A DNA stretch of 64,000 bases from NCBI RefSeq assembly GCF_001194135.2, contig NC_068981.1, forward strand, positions 192,423,729 through 192,487,728, in the 5' to 3' direction. A model generated the notes under the pieces. That model was not told where the DNA came from. It ran no database searches and saw nothing but the letters and a program-made list of their open reading frames with translations. The stretch is from Octopus bimaculoides. Lineage: Eukaryota. A program made the translations under genes and the position numbers. Positions 12,650-23,500 of the stretch are shown piece by piece; the first letter of the stretch is position 1; the number at the start of each line of letters is the position of its first letter.

Positions 12650-14530
12650 TGATAAACCAAAATGCCACAAGTTACAGAAGGTAGAGGTATGTATATTATG
12701 AGAGTAGTTAGAACAAAGTAGTGGTTGGATGATCTGACAAGTGCAGAGATGGTGATGGTTTGAGGTTTTGGAGATGAGTAAGAAGTGAAGGGTGCCTGTA
12801 TGTCAGTTTTGAATATGAATAGGGGTTGAACTATGCAAAAGTTTCCATTGCTGTATCAGAGTTGGATGTGTAGAAAAGCACTGTGAACATTGAAGTCAGA
12901 TCTACATCCTTGATGCAGGAAATAATATAATCAAAAAGGTGGATGATGGGAAAGGCAGCAGATAAATAGAGATGGATGGGAAGGAAGACTTTGAATCAGA
13001 GCAAGTAGTTCAAGGAATATGCTGGTTTCTAGTAATTTTTTAAAATAGCATCTTTGATGGTTTCATGAGGCTGTTTCTGCACATTTTTAACAGTGTGGCT
13101 GACAGACCATCTGGTCTGGATGGTGAATTGGAATCTAGTTCATTAATAATTGTGAGTATATCATCTTCCATAATATTTTCAATTTCTAGACATGTCTCTG
13201 AAGTTGAATTTTGGGTTATGTACTATTTTGTTAATGATTGGTTGGGAAAATGCACTGTTATATCAGTGGCTTGAGAGTGCACATATTTTTGATGACTCAT
13301 TTTGATCTATTAGAGAGCCAATCTGGTTATGAGTAGATGATTCTTGTTTTAACAAAGTGGAAAAAAGAACTTTGGATTAGATTTCATATTCTCCACTGCT
13401 CAGTGTTCCTTTAGCTAAGTTTCTTTTCATAAGATATTTTTAGGTCCAGTTCAATGTTTTTTATTTTCATATTTTTTGTTTCATAAACTCATCTTTTGAG
13501 AGGGTTTGGTTTTTAGCTGTTTTGTTAGTTTGGTTCTGTTACACATTAATATCTATTTATCTCATGGAATCAAGTTCTTGCGGAAATAGGTGTGTTTATG
13601 TGGGGAATGCTTTTGATAGATCTCGATTAACTTTTCATTGAGAAACTTGAGGTTGCTAATCTGCTGAGACTAGTTTGTTTTGAGGATCTCAGTTTCAATT
13701 TTCTTCCACTCAGCTGTCCTGAAATTCAAGTTCATGAGGAGTGAGTTGTGTGTGTTGTCCTCTTTGAACCATATATAGATAATTGTATCATGTTGTGGTT
13801 AGAAATAGTTGTTGAGATGATCTGAACATTCCAAATGAAGCCTGTATTGGTGATAAAAACTAGGTTGACATTACTTGTGGACAGGTAATGATTTATTGCA
13901 TGAGAAAAGCTTCAGTGGTGTCTGGAAGACAAGGAGAGCAGTCACATCATCACTCTTGTTTAGTTCCAGGTTGGATATAGCCCTCAGGCCATTTGAGACC
14001 AAGAAAATCGAAGTTCCCTAAGAAAAGTACATTGGCCTGTGGGCTAGCATCACATAGGGTTTGACTAATAACAAAGCATACCTGAAGTGATTTACCTGGT
14101 TAACCGCGTCAGGAGAACAGTTGGTAAAGCCTATGATCATATTAAGGTCGATAACATCTCAGTGTGTGGGATTGGGAGAGGAGGACATCTGTGCCTAGGT
14201 CTTCACGGTTGAGGAGCGCTACTCTTCCTTGTTTCAGTATTCTATGATCAATTGTGTGTAGTATATAACTAAATACGTGTACTTCTGCATCGAATATACC
14301 TGGAATCAGGTGTGTCTCAGTAACAACGAAGAAAGCAATGTGATGAGGATGGTCGAAAAGCCAATTTTCAACGAGTTGAATTTTCCATTTTTTTGCATTG
14401 CAGGATGGATTAATGCCTTGTGCATCCAGCAAAAATGTTGGGATTGGAATAATATCTCGATTACACTTTTTTAGGGGCCTCGAAAGAGACTCATGACTTA
14501 ATGGCAGCGAGGAGGGTAATTTTTGCACTG
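12650..14530 (-). mobile_element. Decayed LINE with APE endonuclease remnant (CR1/L2-like)
   Basis: ORF 14142-14528 contains HIAFFVVTETHLIPGIFDAEVHV..Y..GRVALLNRED, an APE-type TETHL / GG-VA motif; downstream frames broken. Confidence 0.65.
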
Positions 14531-15224
14531 GGGTAGTGTGTGATAGCTAAGATATTTTTCTGAATCTCTTTTGTTAGATTCCGCATGAATAAAAAAGAAT
14601 TTACCTGGTCACGGAGCATTTGGTGGCTGAAGTTGTGGTTATACTGACACTTTTGTCGGTTGTTTGTTTTGTTTAATGTGTGTGTGTGTAGGAATACCAA
14701 TATATATACATACACATACTCATAAATATGCTCTCCATATAGTATAAGGTGCCAATTCAATCTACGCAAATCTTTAAATACAATTTGGAGTTGTGCCTTT
14801 ATAAAGAAATCTTTTAAAAATTGAAAAAAGAGATATATAAAGGTTCTTTTACCTATCATTTTTATTCATCACGAAGAAAAAAAATTTTCTTGCTCCTATT
14901 CCAACTTCTGCTGTTTCATCGTGTTTTAGAAAATCTGTCTATACCAACTATATATACTATATATGCAAGTACTCTATCCACAAACACTATTTATTTGTGC
15001 GTATCATCTAAATTTGGTCTGATAGTTCGGGTGTGTGTTTTTTTTAATAACAAAACACCAACGATACATGTATTAATTGTTTAAATCAATAACAAAATCG
15101 TTGTATGACATTTCAAAACGAGTGAATACTACTGAAGATCATTATTAGTGATCGCTAAAAATGTCTGGAAGAAGAAAATAACATCATTATATTGAACGAT
15201 ATATTCACCTAGAACATGCCTATA

Positions 15225-15320
15225 TATTTCGGAAGTAATTCTTAAAAATCCCGCAAAATATTTCGCGGGGTTACTAAGGTATTGGAGCATGCGCAAAGCA
15301 ACGCGGCCATTTTCGAAAGC
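15225..15320. promoter_or_regulatory. CEP76 proximal promoter: ETS, E2F-like palindrome, NRF1-like and YY1-like motifs
   Basis: CGGAAGT 15230-15236; CCCGCAAAATATTTCGCGGG 15250-15269; GCATGCGCA 15287-15295; GCGGCCATTTT 15303-15313; locally CpG-rich, directly upstream of the ATG. Confidence 0.55.
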
Positions 15321-15356
15321 ACGTCCGACAAATTCAGTGATGGACATGTTGTAAAT

Positions 15357-15419
15357 ATGGATTTAAAATCAGACAAAGTAATTCAGTTAAAACAGAGGGT
15401 CCAAAATCATTTAGCCCAG
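15357..15419 (+). CDS. CEP76: CEP76 exon 1 (MDLKSDKVIQLKQRVQNHLAQ)
   Basis: ATG at 15357, CAG|gtaagg donor; matches N-terminal EKASELKQLIHQQLSK pattern, phase 0. Confidence 0.88.
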
Positions 15420-17468
15420 GTAAGGATGGACATTGTAAGAAATGTTATGACGGTTGCTGTAACGGTATGTTTGTGGAGGAAGTTGTTATGACAGTAAGTT
15501 GTCATGTCAGCACATGTTACAAGCGGCTTTGTTTATCGAATGTCTTTATTAATGAAATTGTTGTCAAATATAAGACAATTCTATATGATATTGTCACCTT
15601 TCTCTATAAAAACCAATTTACATTTTAAATTTTATATACTTAAAGTTGATTTATTTATCCGAATATAATTATTATTATCTATATTTTGATCAAAAGTTTT
15701 GACCTTCCTCTCTAATAACTGCAAATCGTTTCTATTTCACCCAAATGTTTTAAAAATTAAAAGAAATTAAAATGAATTAAAGTGTGTGTAATTAGACACA
15801 TTTTAAGTTATCATCGTCGTGTCTATTTACTCCTTATTTTTAGTAATTAATGATCGAAGTTCAATATTTTTATTTGAAATTTGAATTTTAGCCTGTTTAT
15901 TTCAGTTATAAAAAACACCTAAAAGTTGCAAATTGCAACAGTTTCTCTTCATTTAATATTTTATCATTGAATTAATATTAATCATAACACACACACACAC
16001 GGACACTCTAGTATATGCCTGACATTTTTACCCGAATTTATTAAATCGTTCATAGTAATTTTGTAGATAACGGCGATAGTAACGAATGATTAGCTTTTGA
16101 CAATTTTTTTAATGTCAACAAATATCATCAATTAATCTAAAATTTATTGAAACAGTTAAAAGCCTAAATTTTGTAATAAACTTCTTTAATGGTTTCTAGT
16201 TCCTAAAAATTGCTAAGGTGAACCAGGTCATCTGATATAAGGTATCTTCACAGCACCGTTATTTTCATCCCATTTATTTTCAGAATGTGCTTCCGTTTCT
16301 GTCCCTAAGACCCATCATGTCGTTTATTTCAACCCGCTTGTTTCGTCATCCTTGAAATATCTCTCTATCTTTATAGTAAATGTTGAAGGTTCAGCTATGT
16401 ATAACACGTGCTCAATCTGATTGATTGAATTAGTTAATACGATTCTAGTACAATAATTTCCCAGTTTTCATATCCGTTCATCACTGAACTTGTATACATC
16501 TTCCACTCTCTCAAAAATTGTATATTAACAAGCCTATTCTTCACACCTGGCTAACTAAATCTGATATCGATTTATTTCTTGGATGGCAGTGCCCATGAAA
16601 TCTGTGTGGTATAATGTGATCCTGAACTGCCTACTAGATGTCAGAATCTTCCTTCAGCCACGGTAATGTAGTCTGCAGGAATATGGTTGCATACTAATTT
16701 GATATCAGGGAGTGCCTGAGACACAAGTAGTTAGGTTATTATATAGATCCACACCCGGTGGAAAAAATAACCAGTAGTTAATTAATCAGGATTATTTAAC
16801 AGTTCTGTATTGGATTTTCTATTATGAGCACCCTCTCCTCTGAACATTTCTCTATTCAAAGCATTCCTATAACTGGTGATTTTTTTTGTGATGTGTAAAT
16901 TGTTGATATAGTAAAATTTCTAGCTAAGATTCTTTCTGTTTCCTTGCTTTTAGTCTTTACTTAGTGAGTTTTTTGAAAATACAATAGCTGCCATCGTTGC
17001 TACTGTGGTGCTGTTTATAAGATCTTAGTGAACACAACCGTTTCATTTCATTTTTAACAGTGCTCCATTTATTTCAGTTACCCTTGGCAGTGATATTAAG
17101 TTACTTACCATTCCTATTCCTTTATACCCCATGTCGACCACTCCTTTAAGTAGCGCTAGTGCAGATAAAGTCAACACATTAATTATTCATCTTCTTTCCA
17201 TCTGCTCAGACACACAATCATTATGTTCACACAGCTGCCAACAAGTGTAAAACTCCTATCCTTTCAACCCAACAATTCAAATGTCTATGAGAATATTTCT
17301 TCCATTACTTTTAAACTGTACCCCAGAGCAAACTCTTCAGTCATTCTTTACAAGGGTCTACTGTAATCTAAGAAAATGTGCAACAGTGTCCTATTCCTAA
17401 GAAGAATAACCTCTCTGACCTTCCAATAATGGCCCTCATTTCCTGCATGTCAAAAGTAATGGAAGCTG

Positions 17469-17510
<42 letters not shown>

Positions 17511-20500
17511 GCTTCCATTTTGTACACACACACACGTATATACACATACATACAGATAGTAGGTGAGAGCTAGATATGCTCAGTATAGAAAACATGCAAT
17601 AGTGCTGAAATGAAAAGTTCGAATTCTTTATCCAGAACTAGGTCCATGGCATCAAGAGTGGCTATAAGAAAAATCCAAGACACACACATACATACACAAA
17701 TATGAGTGGTTGGCATTAGGAAGGGCATCCAGCTGTAGAAACCTTGCCTGATCAGATTGGAGCCTGGTGTGGCCTCCTGGCTTGCCAGTCCCCAGTCAAA
17801 CCATCCAACCCATGCCAGCATGGAAAACGGACGTTAAATGATGATGAAAGCATAAAAAGTACAGAATACTGAGAAGGGAATACATAATTTCTTAACTTGA
17901 CAGCTGTTTCAGGAAGTTTGGGTTTACGTAATAGTCATAATGTTGAAAATTTGCAGATGGAATATGCAAAAAGTCTTAGGTATGCAACCAGTAAATAGCC
18001 AAACAGAGATATTGCAATAAGTCCAGTTCCCTTTATCCTATATATATAAACAAAATAACAAATTTCACCTTCTTTTATCCTGTTAAATATTCCTACATAT
18101 GTTTCTGATTACTGGTATATAGTTCTGTTGAATGCTTTGCTAAATCATTATTCTCAAAATAATGGAGATCTACTTTGCTAAATCTTTTCCCTTCCTCCCA
18201 GAATTGTACTCTTACATCAACTCCATTGATCTTACCAGTCTCTTGAATATGAAATCCTTGTTAAATCATCAAGCTTATCATTGTTTTAATGTCCACTTTT
18301 CATGCTTGCATGGGTTGGACAAAGTTCATTGAGGCAGATTTTCTACAGCTGGATGCCCTTCCTGTTGCCAAGTGTTGCCTGTTTCCTAGTAAGGAAATAT
18401 TTTCCTCTGGCCAGACATGTCTTTTTGCAGATTATTGGAAATGAATGACACTGCTTGTATGACAGTGATACTCATTTACAATTATCAAATTGTTGAAAAG
18501 ATAGAGAGAGAGAGAGAGAGAGACACACATAAACAGACAGGGGTCTTTTTTTCAGTTTTCATCTACTATAGCCTCAAGCTCTCGTAGAAGATACTTGTAA
18601 GGTGTTACACAGTGGAACTGAATTTGAAACCTTATGATTAGAAAGCAAATTTCCTGCACTCAATAAATATTTGATTGCGGATTCCACAAATTTTTATTTT
18701 ATACTGAAAATGAATTCACTCAATGCTGGTGAGCTTCTGATTTTCATTGTTGTTTTTCAGCCATCTGTTCAGAACAAGCTGAGATCCATCATCCCCAACT
18801 TAAAGTGCTCTGAAGGTAACAATGGTAAAATGTTAAATCCTGCTGATGTTATGAAACAGCTTAAAGAGAATGGAACTATTGACAGTTTGTTAAAAGATGT
18901 TAAAAATGGTGAAGGAGATGCACTTGCACTAAATCAATTAAATCCCTGTGTGCTTACAGACAGTGAGTATTAACTTATAATTCATGATTTTAATATAATT
19001 ATCTTTACCATCTTTATTTCCCTTTCAGCTATTCTCATCCATCCTTGCATATTATGGGGTCGCCATGTATCTCTATAGCAAAACACCTATACTTTTACTT
19101 CTAACCTACTTTAGCCTTCTGTACCTGGCATAAAACCACCTCTTAGTCAAGAGGACCTTTTTTTTTATTTACTTTGTCTTGCAAGTTACTTAGTAGTCTC
19201 ATTTGTGCCAGTTTCACAAAAAAAAAAACAAAAAGAAAGAAAAAGAAACACCCAGTACATACTATAAAGTGGTTGGCATTAGGAAGGACTTTTAACCATA
19301 GAAACCATGCCATAGCTGATGTTGGGAACTGATACAGCCTTGCAGCTTGTTGGATCCTGTCAAAATGTTCACCCCATGCTATCATGGAAAATGGACATTA
19401 AATGATAATGATGATGACTTTAATGAAAACTAACATCAGAGAGAGAGAGAGAGAGAGGGGGGGAGAGACAGATTTTGAAAGATATTCACTGTTCTCTTTA
19501 TATCAAAGAGGGTAAATTTCATTTAGGCATGTATGTGGCAAAGAAAATTACATTCATGTCACTGAGAAGGCTGAAACACATCTGACATTCTCTTGAGCCA
19601 TTGCTGGAATGATGTTTGCCTCAATCCAATAAATATTCTGTTTTTAGCACAATATGTCTATCAAGAGAAAAACCACATTTTGCCTTTCAATTGTGTATAT
19701 GCATTAAGTATGATATATCAATGGCTATTTCAATCATTAACTTTCTTTAAATCTTTATCGCAACAGTTAGTCTGAGTGTTACTGAAATCATCCTATTACA
19801 CAATACTCAACATCAAACCAAGAAAGAAACCTTAACATGGTGGCTCAACCTGAAAGAAACAACAATCAAACCTTCCTTAACCCTTTAGCATTTAAACCAA
19901 CCATATCTGGCCCAAAATGTTCTACCTGGCCAGATTTGGCCTCTCACACCTACCCGACTATGTCATTTAAAACAATTATATCATCAAAATCTCAAAGCTA
20001 CAAGATGATGCATGATTAATTTGAAACAATGTGAATAAATAAAGATTACATTTGATAGAGTAATCTGAATGTTACAGGGTTGAACCACATTTTGCTGTGT
20101 TAAAAATAAGATATATTAAATGAATAGTCTAACATATGCAATCCCAAGGAAAAGAAAAAGCAGGATGGTCACAGCTGGAATGTCTTTTGTTAAAAGGCTG
20201 ATTCAGAAACTCAACAGAAGCAATACTCATAAATCTACCCCACCCCTCTCACTAGACATTCAACTAAAATTAACTTTCCTTCAATTGTTTTCTCAGACAT
20301 ATAAATCAAAAAAATATGGTTGTCAACAGCCATTAAGATAAGCTGCTAACATAAGATTTGAAACAGCTGGAAGCATGTGAGCTTTCTGCTTTCTGACAGG
20401 TTAAAACTACCAACAAACATTAGCCAACACTTGTCCATCTCTGAAATAACTAAACATTACCCTTACAATCTTCTGTCTTTTAGTTTTATATTACAAACGT

Positions 20501-23500
20501 TATTTGAGAAACTATGTTGTTAGCTTTCCACCAAACTGTGTTGCTGGCTATTGGCAGGTAGAAACTGTGCAGAAACCAGTTGTATATATATTCTTTTATT
20601 CCTTTACTTGTTTCAGCCATGCGGCTGTTTATACCAGCATGAGATGAAAACTGGTGTATTTTGTAACTTACAAAAGACAAAGACAGGTGGTGTAGAAAAC
20701 AAACGGATGTATTAGTATAATGCTCAGGAAGTGAAAAAGTCTTTAACGTTTCGAGCCTATGCTCTTTGACAGAAAGAAACAAGGAGAGAAAAAAAATGTG
20801 TAGTGGCTAGCGATCTATCATGGCGAAAGTCGGACAGAAGGGTCACATAGGAGAGCTAAGAAGGGGAGATAATAAAGTGGTAGTGATCCCAAGACGAAGG
20901 TGCGTGTGTGTGTAAGAGAGTTCGTATGTGCGTGTGAAAGAGGGCTGGTGATCTTGACGTGTACGTATGTGTAGGTGTGAAAATGTGGGGATGGGAATTG
21001 GTCAGTGCTGGTGTGTGCATGGTCGTGTGATGTGAAGTGTTGTGTGGTATGGTGTAGTGTGGTGTGGTGTGATGGTGTTGGGAGGTGGGGAAAGCACGTG
21101 TGGGGTGTGGGTTAGGTTGAGGGTGGAGGTAGAGGTGGGGTATGTGGGTAGGCAGAGGGTGTAAGGGATAGGATGGGAAGGATAAGGAAGATGGGATAGG
21201 AATGTGTAGGAGTGGGGTGGGCTTATAAGGGAGGGTTGATGATGAAGGGGAAGGGGAAGGTGGGTATGAGAGAAGAGAGGAGAAAGATAGTAGGGGTGCT
21301 AAGAAGTAGGAGTCGGAGCAAGAGAGAAGTGGATGGGAGGAAGTACGAGGGAGGAGGAGGTTAGATGAAGAGGGGAAGAGAGTTGAGCCCATGTGGCGCA
21401 AAGGAGCGATTTTTCCCTTGTTAACAATTAACATGGAAAGAATAGATAAATAGTTACCAGGGAAGTAAAAAGTTGTAACTCCTTGTTTTTTATTACGTGA
21501 AATATTTTGTATAAAATACATAAATATAGTTAAGAATATTTCATTTAGATTGTCCAAGTTATCTGCTAATGTCGACATTTTCAGTGATAAGGCTGAATTT
21601 TATAACTCTGCCTTACTTAAAGCAGGCTATACAGAGAAAGTTACCTACCTTAATTCCATTCAATCTCATTCTACCTTTACTAATGGAGATATGAAATCTA
21701 GTTGTAAGGATATAAATGATATCAATTTTAATTTATACGCCAACACCAAACAGAGGAAGGGAGATAACTCTTATTCCCCATTTTTGTTCTAAAGGTAAAT
21801 CTATGTCTTTCAAAGATAGTTACACTAAAAATAAGGTAACTAATAGTAAAACAATTTGGTTAATTATTCCTTATGGGAGGCAAATTAAATCTAATCTGCC
21901 TTTGCAGTTTCGTGATGCTATTATTAGGAATTTTCCAAAGAATTCTAGGTATTATTCTATTATCAACTCACACACGATTAGGATTGGTTTTTCTAACACA
22001 AAAAATCTCTTACAAATTATCTCTTCACATAATATTAAACTATTAAATATTGATACATTTACTAATACTAACATTAATGTAGCTAATACCCCCCCNNNNN
22101 NNNNNTAGAAACATTAGTAACAAGGTTATTGTATCTGAAGTCAATTACAACAGAATCAAGTTTATGTCAAGTAACTCTAAAATTAAAAATTCTATATACC
22201 AGTGTAAAATTACTTCTGGTAATGAAGTATTTTTTTTTATATTGGAGGCACATCTCAGTTATCTAGAAGAATTTCTAATCATTACTCTACATTTAGGGAT
22301 ATGAATAAATGTAACAGTACAGGACTTATTAAATTAATTTGGTATCTAAAAGACCACAATAAACAATTTAATTTAGATTGGTTGATTCTCTTAATCTCCA
22401 TACCTTACGACAAAGGCAAGGAATTCTGTCTTCTCTGTAACTCTGAAGTATTTATTATTCTTTTTTCTAAAAATTCCCTTGTAAATACAGTTACAGAGCA
22501 TTATATATAATTTAAACATTAAATTTCTTCTTACATTTCACATTCACTAAATATATCTTTTTCCAAGTCTATATGGTTTTATTTAATATACATATAGTTA
22601 TATACTTCTCATTTATTTGGTTTCTTCTTTCTTTTACCCCTCCTCTTTCTACAGGCTACCTTTAACGTTATATCATCTAACGTTTTTTTTAAACAAACTT
22701 AATAGCGTTCAGTTAATCACTATACATATCCATCATTTTCTGTTAAAATGTCTTATTGATGAGTTTCATTTCTTCATTTCCCTGAAGAGAAGATTTCATT
22801 GTTTTACACCATTTTATTCCTTTGGAATAATACCAGTGATATCTTCGAAACATGTCAGAAGTAAAAGAATTTGAATAACACCTGCGTTTAACTCCATTTA
22901 TTTATATATATATAAATTGGCTTGCTAGAGGCAGAAGTGGACTCCATATATTATTTCTAGGTATTGAACACTATTTTATGGCACACATTCAATTGTTTTG
23001 TTATGTCCTTGTTGCTCACTCCAATAGTTTTCAAAGCAACAATCTGGTCATGTTTTGCTTACGATACCATGTTTGCTTACAAGCATGTTTTAAACGAATG
23101 AAACAAAAAACATGCAAATCTTTATGCAAAGTGTAGATAATATTACCTGAACCGATATACTTTAGGAAAAGTTTTAAACATGGGTAAATCTGTTCACCAA
23201 CTATTTGTATTGGGGCTTTTGGCATGAATGCCAAGCAGTACAGCATGTCGTTTCCAAATTTCTGGCAGAGTGAATTGCGTCACGGTGCTGTTTTTCTCAC
23301 AGACAGTGCCCAACTGACCCTACTATACTGTATTGTCGACAAAATCAAAAACCAACAATGTGCATGCGTGAAATTGGAACCTGGTGTAGCCTTGCAGCTT
23401 ACCAGTTTCAGTCAAACTGTCCAACCCATGCCAGCATGGAAGGCAGATACTAAATGATGATGTTATTAATAACTTGATTATATATTTGTTTTTTAGCTCG

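Larger units (their letters stand above)
20700..22880 (+). mobile_element. Degenerate Penelope-like element (RT thumb + GIY-YIG endonuclease) in CEP76 intron 2
   Basis: KAEFYNSALLKAGYTEKVTY; IWLIIPY...FPKNSRYYSIINSHTIRIGFSNTKNLLQIISSHN; IYQCKIT..FFYIG..RRISNHYSTF..NSTGLIKLIWYLKD..W.IL....Y...CLLC; frameshift in T-run near 22230; hammerhead-like terminus at 22782-22856. Confidence 0.82.

Noticed and set aside
14500-15347. Possible PSMG2 head-to-head with CEP76, as in human
   Set aside because: No minus-strand segment translates to anything resembling PSMG2.
20856-21578. 240-aa minus-strand ORF
   Set aside because: Low-complexity Pro/His/Ser/Thr reading of the purine-rich tract, antisense to the PLE remnant.
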